The position numbers were made by a program, and so were the translations under genes. The notes beneath the pieces were generated by a model, which searched no databases, had not been told where the DNA came from, and was given only the letters and a program-made list of their open reading frames with translations. Source: Octopus sinensis (taxonomy: Eukaryota). Taken from it: 64,000 nt of DNA. Below, in pieces: positions 1 through 11,100 of this stretch. The DNA is taken from positions 183,706,001-183,770,000 of the forward strand of contig NC_042997.1 in assembly GCF_006345805.1 (NCBI RefSeq), read 5' to 3'. Within the stretch, counting starts at the first letter, position 1; each line of letters opens with the position of its first letter.

Positions 1-159
1 TCCTCCTACCCCATTCCCGTCATCCATCTGCGACGATACTTCCGTCGTAACTGCTATCCTGTCCTTTCTCGCCCGCCTTGTAAGGCTTCTGGTCGACAAA
101 TTTTCCCTCTCTCGTCTTCCACGATAATCCAGCGTTTGCAATACTTTTTTCGTCTGGCG
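1..159 (-). other. CpG-rich open frame running off the left edge; possible 5' exon of a neighbouring gene
   Basis: Stop-free minus frame from 159 to 1 with ATG at 27-25 (MDDGNGVGG...), in CpG-retaining non-repeat sequence. No homology recognised. Confidence 0.2.
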
Positions 160-636
160 TTACAGCCCTTCTTATCTTGTTCTCCTTGTCCTGTCCTCAC
201 TGTTATAATTTATTTTTCCACTGTTTATATATATATATTTTACTGTTTATATGTTTGTACTGTCGTTACCGTCTTGCTTTTTTTTACCCCTCTGCGAAAA
301 GATCTCAGAATTTTAATTGATTTGCTTTTCGCGGGAAGGAATTTTTCTTCGAAGTATACGTCTCGCTTTTATCCTTCGAAACGTTTAGTAGATGAATCTT
401 AGCGACTGAAGAAGGGGATTTTTCTTTGTGCTTATTGTCCTGTATCTCTCCTTTTTTTTTGCTTGTCTTGTTCCTCGGTTTGTGTCTATGTGTTTCGTCT
501 CTCTATGTGTTCGACGTCTTTTTGGTGTCCTGTACACATATATGCGTGTATATGTACATGTAGAGGTAGGTACGTACATATATGTTTATATATATGCATA
601 TGTTCTATTTTATTAACATATATATATATATATATA

Positions 637-828
637 GGGAGAATTCACAAAAAAAAACAAATGACGAAGACGGGTGGTGTAGACAACAAACAGGTGTATT
701 AGTATAACGCTCGAGAAGTGAAAAAGTCTTTGTTTCGAGCCTACGCTCTTCCACAGAAAGGAACACAGAAAGAAACAAGGAGAGAAAATAAAGAATGTGT
801 AGTGGCTAGCGATCACATTGATAGGCCA
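637..828 (-). mobile_element. Penelope-like (PLE) terminal-repeat fragment
   Basis: Abuts (TA)n and contains a hammerhead-like motif ending ...gctcgaaac on the minus strand, typical of PLE pseudo-LTRs. No ORF. Confidence 0.45.
728..760 (-). ncRNA. Degenerate hammerhead-ribozyme-like motif
   Basis: Minus strand reads CUUU-CUGUGGA-A-GAGC(GUAG)GCUC-GAAAC-AAAG. Helices I and II pair; core has A6>U and the GUH triplet is missing. Confidence 0.4.
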
Positions 829-849
829 TTAAAATAAACACACCAGGTT

Positions 850-1905
850 GTTCATTTGCAGAATCAAGTTATTGGAGGGAAAACGAAAGAAAAAAAGACA
901 AAAGTGTACATGGGTTGTAATCGTTCTCACAGTGATAATGCTCTTCTCAATACGTGTGACGTACCAGTTAAAACAATTTTTTGCACCTATTGCATGGATG
1001 GTAAGCCAGGGATCATTCTCATAATTTTCAATAATTTTTCTTTTTTTAGGCTGTATGGTAAGTAGCTTGCTTATTAACCACATGGTTCCGGGTTCAGTCC
1101 CACTGCATGACACCCTGGGCAAGTGTCTTCTACTATAGCCTCGAGCCGACCAAAGCCTTGTGAGTGGATTTGGTAGACGGAAACTGATAGAAGCCCGTCG
1201 TATATATATGTGTGTGTGTATATATGTTTGTGTGTCTGTGTTTGTCCCCCCTCCCAACATCGCTTGACAACCGATGCTGGTGTGTTTACGTCCCCGTAAC
1301 TTAGCGGTTCGACAAAAGAGACCGATAGAATAAGTACTAGGCTTACAAAGAATAAGGGCTTACAAGAATAAGGATAGAATAAGTACTAGGCTTACAATCG
1401 ACTAAAGGTGGTGCTCCAGCATGGCCACAGTCAAATGACTGAAACAAGTAAAAAAGTAAAAGAGTAAAGAGAGTGCTCCTACAATCACTGGTATTGTAAC
1501 CGCTTTGGAATTCCATTTTTTTATTTTTTTCGATTTCAATGAGAAAATCTTTATATTTTCTGAACTTGTCAAATTCTTTTGCCGAGATATTATGATCACA
1601 GGAATACTCATGTCGATCAATAAACAAACTTTATTGTTTTGGTCTTTCACAACAATATCTGGTTTATTAGCTTTGATGTTCAGGGCGTATGTACTGGAAA
1701 GTTTCAAAGAATCGTTATATTTTCTCCTTCAGTTACAGCCTTTGTGGGGGAAACTTATACCACTTTTCAACAGTTTTGGTTTTATAATGCCAACATATTA
1801 ACTAGTGTAAATACTGACCAACTCTGTCATGTCTTGAGTTATACTCCACTGGTGCTAAAACTTTACATCCAAAGATTAGGCGGACCACTGTTTCAATCTC
1901 ATGAT
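850..1905 (-). mobile_element. R4/Dong-type RLE LINE, 3' fragment, interrupted by a SINE
   Basis: Minus-strand translations: ETVVRLIFGCKVLAPVEYNSRHDRVGQYLH (CCHC region), IKANKPDIVVKDQNNKVCLLIDMSIP...KFRKYKD...TIPVIVGAL (PD..D restriction-like endonuclease), and C-terminal IPGLPSMQ*VQKIVLTGTSHVLRRALSL* ending at 927. Frameshifted. Confidence 0.85.
1050..1472 (+). mobile_element. tRNA-headed SINE family A
   Basis: Head ggctgtatggtaag...ggttcagtccc, internal (TA/TG)n, tail cagtcaaatgactgaaacaagtaaaa; more than 12 copies in the window. Confidence 0.85.
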
Positions 1906-1907
1906 TG

Positions 1908-1910
1908 TAG

Positions 1911-1984
<74 letters not shown>
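1908..1984. repeat. (TTA)n microsatellite
   Basis: Direct reading; explains the poly-Leu ORF at 1639..2031. Confidence 0.95.
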
Positions 1985-1985
<1 letters not shown>

Positions 1986-2544
1986 GAGTGAGAGCAGTGC
2001 AGTTCATGCTATCAAAGTGACACTGGGGTAAAATATACGAACCCAATATACCCATCATGATACCCGTCTGATAAGGTACACCAGGCACATGCATCACGAC
2101 CATATGTGCCGCGACATGGTGATCTCATATCAAGATAAACAGCACATGACCTTGCAGGTGGGGCCCAGTTAGAATTTTCTTCAGGTTGAGTAGCCCATCC
2201 CACTCAAAAGGTCCCTGAATAAGGGTTGTTTAAGGATGTTGAAAGAACCACCCATGTTTCCAGAGGTGAATTATTCAAACCCCAAAGAATCCCTCTCCAT
2301 ACATGGCTATGATGCTCCCCCACTACTTCTGCTCGTGATCAGAGATGCACATATCGTCAGCCACTAAGGGACATGCTGAACTAGTTAAAGTCAAACAAAT
2401 GACAAGCAAATCTGTGGTATAGAGCAGAATATTTGCTGTAGCCCATCTTTTATACGAAGACAAAACAATGTACATGATAACACTTCCAATCAGTTAAGAT
2501 CAGAAGCCATGAGAGCCACTGCCTGGTACTGCATCAGGGCATTT
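1985..2544 (-). mobile_element. ~560-bp non-coding interspersed element flanked by (TAA)n on both sides
   Basis: A second, truncated copy lies at 31075..31490. No ORF; orientation inferred from the (TAA)n tail. Confidence 0.7.
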
Positions 2545-2710
2545 ATTATTATTATTATTATTATATTATTATTACGACTTTACCTTTCATTCTTTCGGGG
2601 TCGATAAAATAAGTACCAGTTGAGCACTGGAGTTGATGTAATCTCTTAATCCCTTCCCCCAAATTTGAGGCCTTATGCTTCCAGTACAGAGGATTATTAT
2701 TATTATTATT

Positions 2711-2898
2711 CAGTAGTTTTATTTTTATAGCGTGCTTTCACTTCACTACCGAGCGCAGCTCTGTGTGCCTTGGGTATGTGCTGTGATTTGTTGTGATGCT
2801 CTGATGGTTATTGTATGGAAAGTGTTCTGCGTAGGATGTGTGCAGTGCCTAGTAGTGCAATTTTCTGTATGTTATATGTGTTTGTAAGTCCTGGTGTT

Positions 2899-2902
<4 letters not shown>
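2711..2902 (-). mobile_element. R4/Dong-type LINE extreme 3' end inserted in (TAA)n
   Basis: Minus translation KTPGLTNTYNIQKIALLGTAHILRRTLSIQ* then a short 3' UTR; (TAA)n on both sides. Confidence 0.8.
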
Positions 2903-2954
<52 letters not shown>

Positions 2955-3019
2955 TATTATTATTTAGGCGACGAGCTAGCAGAACGTAGCGGCAGACGAA
3001 ATAATAATAATAATAATAA

Positions 3020-3070
<51 letters not shown>
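2903..3070. repeat. (TTA)n / (AAT)n inverted microsatellite pair with a 36-bp SINE-derived spacer
   Basis: Direct reading. Confidence 0.9.
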
Positions 3071-3073
<3 letters not shown>

Positions 3074-3147
3074 CTGTACTGGAAGCATAAGGCCTCAAAT
3101 TTGGGGGAAGGGATTAAGAGAATACATCAACTCCAGTGATCAACTGG

Positions 3148-3870
3148 GCGAAATGCTTAGCGATATTTCGTCTGCCGCTACCTTCTGAGTTCAAATTCCG
3201 CCGAAGTCAACTTTGCCTTTCATCCTTTCGGGGTCGATTAAATAAGTACCAGTTACGCACTGGAGTCGATATAATCGATTTATCCGTTTGTCTGTCCTTG
3301 TTTGTTCCCTCTGTGTTTAGCCCCTTGTGGGGAGTAAAGAAATAGGTATTTCGTCTGCCGTTACGTTGTGAGTTCAAATTCCGCCAAGGTCGATTTTGCG
3401 TTTCATCCTTCCGGGGTTGATAAAATAAGTACCATTGAAGGCGGTGAGCTAGTAGAGTCGTTACCACGCCGGGCGAAATGCTTAGCGGCATTTCATCCGT
3501 CTTTACATTCTGAGCTCAAATTTCACCGAGGTCGACTTTGTCTTTCATCCTTTCGGGGCCGATAAAATAAGTACAAGTTGAGTACTGGGGTCGATGTAAT
3601 CGACTTATCTCCTCCCCCAACTTGCTAGCTTTGCGCCAAAATTTGAAACCATTGTTATTATTAAGGCGGCGAGCTGGCAGAATCATTAGCGTGTCGGGCA
3701 AAATACTTAACAGTATTTTTTCAGACTCTTTACATCCCAAGTTCAAATCTCGCTGTGGTCAACTTTGCCTTTCATCCTTTTTGGGGCAATGAAATAAACA
3801 CTTAAGCACTGGGGGCTCAATATAATCAACTAACACCCTGCTCTTAAAACCGCTGGCTTGAGCCAAAATT
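3148..3870 (+). mobile_element. Tandem array of SINE family B copies
   Basis: Repeated gttctgagttcaaattccgcc-gaggtcgactttgcctttcatcctttcggggtcgataaa-taagtacc units. The central tract resembles the MetaSINE domain (from memory, unverified). Confidence 0.85.
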
Positions 3871-4544
3871 TGAAACAATTATTATCATTATTGTTTTCGT
3901 TTGCACTTCGACTACCATTTCCTCATTATCATTCAGCTTTTGAATTAGTTTTTTTTTTTTTTGGTTTTATCGTTCCTTTTTCTTTTTCTTTTTCTTTTGC
4001 AAACAAAATATATAATTGTAGAGTTCCAACGTTAAAGAACATAGACTCTAATTTGGGTCGCAATTAAATGAGGCGGAAAATAACTAACATGCTCGAACTG
4101 GCAAGTTTACAACGCTGGGCTTATATGTTTTTTACGTCAGCTTATCGCGTGTTTTTCGCCTTATGAAAGAAAGCATCACCAGAAACTCTTTGATTATTAC
4201 CTGAATAGCGTTACCATATCTCACCAAAAATACACAAAATTTGGCGTCTGTTCATTTCTTCACTTTTATTATTGGTTACATATGATATTATTGGCTACAT
4301 ATGTTAAATTTGCTGGGGTTTTTTTTTTTTTTGTTAGTAAGCTCCATCTATTTCATTTCTTCCATAGAAATTTGTAAACTAAATGAACTCGGCCCCATTT
4401 CTTCATAAAATCACTGTTTAAAAATTATAAATTAAATTTTATTATTTTAAATTCTGTTTTGTAACAACCATCTCCGCAATAAACGTTCTGCTTTTGAAGA
4501 AGTTCATACTCACAGAAATTCAAATTAATACATGGATTCGTTTT

Positions 4545-4760
4545 TTTTATTTCTTTATTGCCCACAGGAGGCTAAACATATAGGGGACAAACAAGGGGAC
4601 TAAGTCGATTACATCGACCCCAGAGCCTAACTGGTACTTATTTAATCGACCCCGAAAGGATGAAAGGCAAAGTCGACCTCGGCGGAATTTGAACTCAGAA
4701 CGTAACGGCAAATGAAATACTGCTAAGCATTTCGCTCAGCGTGCTAACGTTTCTGACAGA
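4545..4760 (-). mobile_element. SINE family B
   Basis: Reverse complement of family B (aaaggatgaaaggcaaagtcgacctcggcggaatttgaactcagaacg). Confidence 0.85.
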
Positions 4761-5064
4761 GCGGGTTCGTTTTTAATAGGATCGAGACTGATTTTTGCAC
4801 GGAAGAATATAAATGATTGGATCATTGTTACTAGTGCTTATTTCATCGACACCAAAAAATTACCAGCTCAGTCAATTTCTGGAGGAATTTCATCTTAGAA
4901 AGCGAAGCTAAACAAAGTTCTGTAATGCATTTTTGTTTGAATTTGTTTTCGATTCTCGGTTAGATTTACTTCACTTTACGTGTGCTGTTTATGTTAATGG
5001 AATGATACGAACATTACAATATCTGTTTCAGTGTCTTCCATAGAGTAAGGGATAGGTTCTCGAG

Positions 5065-5277
5065 CTCTCTCTCTTTTACTCTTTTACTTGTTTCAGTCAT
5101 TTGACTGCGGTCATGCTGGAGCACCGCCTTTAGTCGAGCAAATCGACCCCGGGACTTATTCTTTGTAAGCCCAGTACTTATTCTAGCGGTCTCCTTTGCC
5201 GAACTGCTAAGTTACGGGGACGTAAACACACCAGCATCGGTTGTCAAGCAATGCTAGGGAGACAACACAGACACACA

Positions 5278-5329
<52 letters not shown>

Positions 5330-5491
5330 TACGACAGGCTTCTTTCAGTTTCCGTCTACCAAATCCACTCACAGGTATTGGTCGGCCGGGGCTATAGCAG
5401 AAGACACTTGCCCAAGATGCCACGCAGTGGACTGAACCCGTAACCATGTGGTGGTTAGCAAGCTACTTACCACACAGCCACTCCTGCGCCT
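5065..5491 (-). mobile_element. SINE family A, full length
   Basis: Ends ...cacacagccactcctgcgcc, the reverse of the head; internal (TA)n. Confidence 0.85.
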
Positions 5492-5769
5492 ATTGACTTT
5501 TGCTGAGCAGTTTCAATTCGCCCATACCACTAATTACAAAAATATTGCATAACAACTTATTGCTTTGCTAGTAAAATTATATAACTTGACTCTTGCAGAA
5601 TTAGTATAGCGGAAAACTTATGCGAAATCATTAGTGTCGAATTTTCCAATTGATTTGAACTACCTACTAATAATTTTATTTAATGATGGTAGACTTGTTT
5701 AAAAACAAACAAATTAAATCGACAGAGATTGTTAAAATTATATGTGTCTACAATCTATCGTTGACGTAA

Positions 5770-5990
5770 GACAGCGAGCTGGTAGAATCGTTAGCACGCT
5801 GGACGAAAAATGCTTAGCGATATTCCGCCCGTCGCTACGTTCTGAGTTCAAATTCTGCTTAGGTCAACTTTGCCTTTCATCCATTCGGGGTCGATAAACT
5901 AAGTACCAGTGAAACATTGGGGTCGATATTATCGACTAATCCCCTGTCCCAAAATTTCAGGTCTTATGCCTATAGTAGAAAGGATTGACA
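5770..5990 (+). mobile_element. SINE family B
   Basis: Head ggcgagctggtagaatcgttagc and the family B core. Confidence 0.8.
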
Positions 5991-6187
5991 TAGCAATGAA
6001 AATGAATGTGGCTTTAATAACGGAAACTCCATTGCAACTTACACGTTATACTGACACAAGAACACTTTTGCCAAGCGAGGGATTGCTCTACGTTTTCTAA
6101 GTTGTTTATCTAATTGTAATATAAATCATTATTATAATTTTTGTGTAAATCTGTCTTTTTGTAACTCGCAACTCTCCCTGCTCTGCC

Positions 6188-6298
<111 letters not shown>

Positions 6299-7180
6299 CA
6301 TTGGCGTAGCTAATAGGGAAGCAAGGTAAGTGACTGCTCCCTACGAGCACATTTTTCAAAATTGGCCCCCTTTCAACATTTTATATCTTAGATAACTTAG
6401 ATTGGTTTCAGCCATTATCGGCCCAGACCATGACTAACTCAATAGCGCGACCTGCAAAAGTCTTTTAGTAAATTATTTCGGGAAACGCAGAGAGGTGTTG
6501 TTGGTTGAGACGTACCCAGGTGTAGGTGGTAACTACTTATATCAGTAGTGTATAAGTTTCATACATAATGACACAGTTACTAAAACGTGAAATTAATGAA
6601 TATACAATTTCGTATATTATAACTAATGAAGTATTTCGTGTACAATATATGAGAAATGAGCTTTCTGTGGTTTTAGGGTAGGGTCTGAAGAGAAGGGAAT
6701 AACATATAATTCCTTGTCGATTATTCAGTTTACCAATTTCTCAGTTTATTGCAAAATGCACCATTCCCTCTTCCTCCTTCCCTCGCCATTTTGGAGAAAC
6801 AGATTTGGATGCTTTCATAAAAGGAAGAAGTTTAGAGCATTGAAGTTACTTAAACGGTTAGTGAGATCAGTTAATTGTAGCATACATCTCTCTTCAATTA
6901 GAAAATTAACTTAATCTATTTTTGTTTTCGATTTTTTTTTTGTTTTGTTTTTTTTTGCTACGATAAAAATTTCAATTTTTTCTTATCATGAAATTCCATA
7001 TCCTTCCATGAAAATTCCAACGTGACTGTCATTTAGTTTTTTCCGTGCATCAGTAAGGTTTTGATAGATTCCACTGTTTTGTACAAGAATAAATCCTGGG
7101 GTCGATTTGCTCGACTAAAGGCGGTGCTCCAGCATGGCCGCAGTCAAATGGCTGAAACGAGTAAAAGAGTAAAAGAATAA

Positions 7181-7550
7181 ACCTCTACAATACACAGCAT
7201 ATTTTAAACAATTTTTCATATAATTCCTAATATTTAATCATAAAATATAATAGTTGCTTTTAGACATTGAAGGACAATTAGGGTCCTTCAATGTAAAGGC
7301 CCCCCTAGTAAAATAAGGATCAAAGGGGTGCATAGATTAAAAAAAGAAAAAAGAAATGGTTGAGAGCCACCGCTGTAATGAAATGATAAACATTTGTTGA
7401 ATTAGATTTAATGAAATTCACGATCTTAATAATCTGCATAAAACCTCTCTCATGCAATTGTTTAAATGTGGTACACAAACCACCGTACTTTCCTGTCGTG
7501 TTAGTAGCACCGTCTGTACATATTACGGTAATTATACTCACATGCATTGT
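7181..7550 (-). mobile_element. hAT (Charlie/ZBED5-like) transposase remnant and element end
   Basis: Minus ORF IITVICTDGATNTTGKYGGL...MQIIKIVNFIKS matches the hAT CTDGA..MTG and KIVNFIKS motifs with an internal deletion. Flank is shared with 18477..18670. Confidence 0.7.
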
Positions 7551-7727
7551 TATCCGTAGGAAAATGTAAAAGTTAGAGAATTTCCCTTGATTGCAGGTTG
7601 CAGCAGCAAGGCCAAACGAAACAAAAGGTCTTCGTGAAATTTATTTCGATAAAAACTCTGTAGTGTAATGGTTAACACTCTAGACTGTATTCCAGCGGTA
7701 GAACCTAAACGTCTATATCATTTTTAT

Positions 7728-8089
7728 AGGCGTATGCGTGGCGGTGTGATAAAATGTTTACTTCCCAGTCACATAGTTTCAGGTTCAGTCCCACTGTGTG
7801 GCACTATGAGCAAATGTTCTCTGTCATACACTCAGGCCGACCAAAGCCTTGCGAGTGTATTTGGTAGGCGGAAACTGAAAGAAGCCGTCTTGTGTATATA
7901 GGCGTAGGAGTTACTGTGTGGTAAGTAGCTTGCTTACGAACCACATGTTTCCGGGTTCAGTCCCACTGTGTGGCACTTTGGGCAAGTGTCTTCTACTATA
8001 GCCTTGGACTGACCAAAGCCTTGTGAGTGGATTTGGTAGACGGAAACTGAAAGAAGACTGTCGTATATATATATATATATATATGTATC

Positions 8090-8131
<42 letters not shown>

Positions 8132-8490
8132 TGTGTCTGTGTTTGTCCCCCAACATCGCTTGACAACCGATAGAATAAGTACTAGGCTTACAAAGAACAA
8201 GTCCTGGGGTCAATTTGCTCGACTAAAGGCGGTGCTCCAGCATGGCCACAGTCACATGACTGAAACAAGTAAAAGAGTATATGTGTGTGTGTGTTTCACC
8301 ACCGCTTGATAACGGTGTTGGTGTGTTTACATCCCAGTAAATTAGTGATTCGGCATGAGACACCGATAGAATAAGCACCAGGCTTCAAAAATAAGTACTG
8401 GGGTCGATTTGTTCAGCTAAATCCTTCAAGACGGTACCCCAGCATGGCCACAGTCTGGCGAATAAAACAAAAGGTAACAGGTAAAGAAAA
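7728..8490 (+). mobile_element. Cluster of SINE family A copies (partial, full, variant tail)
   Basis: Repeated family A heads at ~7728 and ~7900; tails at ~8270 and ~8470. Confidence 0.8.
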
Positions 8491-8846
8491 GGTATTGAAT
8501 ACACGTAGCATAACGCGTATACTTGGCTTATAACATCGGTGCTCTTATCTGGCTATATCACAAAGTACATAAGTTGTGGATGTAGAGATCACAGATCTAG
8601 AGTCAACTTAGAACGATCTTGAAGATCTACTAGTAAAACCTTTTATATGGTATCTTTTAGTTGTTTCAATGATAGGACTGCAGCCATGCTGGGGCACCAC
8701 CACCATCACTGGTTTTGAGAGACATTCCGCTCAAACTAGAGCACAAGAAAGCATTGTCTGTATACACGGACGACATCATGATCGAATTGCTAAAGATCTC
8801 AGAAATCAAAGTGATAAACTCTATTCTAAAAAGGAATACGAGGTGG

Positions 8847-9250
8847 GGATGTTTTCGGTTTGAACAGCAGTTTTTAAAATAATTTCCACGTAACTAAACA
8901 CTTTTAAACTTCGTATACTGGTAGAATGGGTTTATAAAATATCTTTTTCTCTTGGCTTTATTAAGAAAATTCTATAGTTTGTAAGATATTTGTTTTTCTT
9001 CAATTTCTGCAATTTCAACCAATCAATGACGTCTATTGAGGTGAAAACATTCTGTACCGTATGAATATGTCCCTCGTTTAAGAAACAGATCGGGTTTATT
9101 TACATTTCTGAAGAAAAAAAAGATACCCTTCCCCCACCCCTAACTCTAAAACAGATTGAAATGCAATAGATCGATACTAGGGTCATACTTATGGGTGACA
9201 ATTTCATATGACACGGCTAGAAAAAACTGCCGTTCAAACCGAAAAGATCC
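8847..9250. mobile_element. 404-bp MITE with ~29-bp TIRs (GGAT[C/G]TTTTCGGTTTGAAC...)
   Basis: ggatgttttcggtttgaacagcagttttt ... aaaaactgccgttcaaaccgaaaagatcc. A same-length inverted copy lies at 25548..25951. Confidence 0.9.
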
Positions 9251-10314
9251 GCACCACCACCATCACTGGTTTTGAGACATTCCGCTGAAACTGGAGTGCA
9301 AGAAAGCATTGTCTGTATACACGGACGGCATCACGATTGTGTTGCTAAACATCTCAGAAATCAAAGTGATAAACTCTACACTAAAAAGGAAAACGAGGTG
9401 GTTAAATGAATGTCTATTAATCAGGATAAATTAGTGGGCTTGCGACTCGATAAGTGGGCCCACAAGTCCATATAAGCCAGTGTCAGTCACTCAACTAATA
9501 AGGTGATTATGGTTTGACTTTGTCCAAACTTCCAGGCTGAAAATAAATTATCCTTGAAATGTGGTGGACCAATACATCACCACCATAATATATTATCGTT
9601 TTACTTCCGACTTTGCCCCTTGTCACATCTGATCAAAGTGGAACGTCAGCTCTTTCTCTACCTTTAGGAACTAAAGTTACGACATCTGCAAGGATACACG
9701 TACTTAGACCAGGCGTGGTCGTCTTTTATCAATCATGTTTACTTTCCTCCCCTTCCGCAGCAATAGGGAAGACTGAGATGCAAAATTAGTGTTGGGTCGC
9801 TAAGTTTTGTTATGGTGAAAATAAGTATTTAACCATTTCAATGCTATGCAAAAACGGTTGCATTGTTTGTGATAAAGCGCGTGCACTAAGGCAGAAAGAT
9901 ATGAAAGTCGCTTGATAGATGAGAGAAACGCAATGCGGTAACAAATTAGCCAATAAAGTCACTTGTGGTCATTTGGAAACTGTAGTGGGTGCGTTCTATC
10001 CACTCCCAAGATGAGCCCTGCGATATGAAGTGACTGCTGCAGCATGTTGCTGGCTATTCTCCACGGCAACGTCGTCGCGGTCATTACCGCAGGACACTGC
10101 TGAGCACACCATTTGTCCTGGGTTATGCGAACCACTGCTTTACCCACTCCCTTTTTTCTCTTTCTTTTCCTTTCTTATCTCTCTTTTCTTTTTTTTCTTG
10201 TTGCTTTGTATTTAAATTGTGTGAATAATAAATATTTCGCTAACTGATTAGTGGGCCCAGTAGACTGAAGATAGCAGACTTCAAACCCTACTTTTTCAGC
10301 AGAAGAGATGAACT

Positions 10315-10652
10315 CTCTCTTTTACTCTTTTACTTGTTTCAGTCATCTGACTGCGGTCATGCTGGAGCACCGCCTTTAGTCGATCAAATCGACCCCGGGA
10401 CTTATTCTTTGTAAGCCCAGTACTTATTCTATCGGTCTCTTTTACCGAACCGCTAAGTGACGGGGACGTAAACACACCAGCATCGGTTGTCAAGCAATGC
10501 TAGGGGGACAAACACAGACAAATCCAATCACAAGGCTTTGGTCGGCCCGGGGCTATAGCAGAAGACACTTGCCCAAGTTGCCACGCAGTGGGACTGAACC
10601 CGGAACCATGTGGTTAGTAAGCAAGCTACTTACCACACAGCCACTCCTGCGC
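10315..10652 (-). mobile_element. SINE family A with internal deletion
   Basis: Family A head and tail on the minus strand. Confidence 0.85.
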
Positions 10653-10827
10653 CTATACCAACTGTAAGAAGAAAATAAAAAGTACATTTACCAAAAATAG
10701 TAGCGAGTTAGACGTGGCTCGTACAAGGTACAATCACAAGAAGGCGCTTGCTTTGAAATTGAAAGACAGAATTTTGTGAGGTATCATGATTTGCACAATG
10801 TAGCTTCTCTCTTTTGAAACAGTTAGA

Positions 10828-10871
<44 letters not shown>

Positions 10872-11100
10872 CATCTATCTATTCATCCATCTATCTATCC
10901 ATCCATCTATCTATCTATCTATTCATCCATCTATCTATCCATCCATCTATCTATCTATCTATTCATCCATCTATCTATCCATCCATCTATCTATCTATCT
11001 ATTCATCCATCTATCTATTTATCTATTCATCCATCCATCTATCTATCCATCAATTTATCCATCTATCTAGATGGATAGATAGATAGATAGATAGATAGAT
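10828..11100. repeat. (CTAT/CCAT)n tetranucleotide array switching to (GATA)n
   Basis: Direct reading; an exact 40-bp unit occurs three times at 10881..11000. Confidence 0.95.

Noticed and set aside
1639-2031. ORFs with poly-Leu, (IY)n, (TH)n, (RE)n or (IYLS)n runs throughout the ORF track
   Set aside because: They are translations of microsatellites and SINE bodies.
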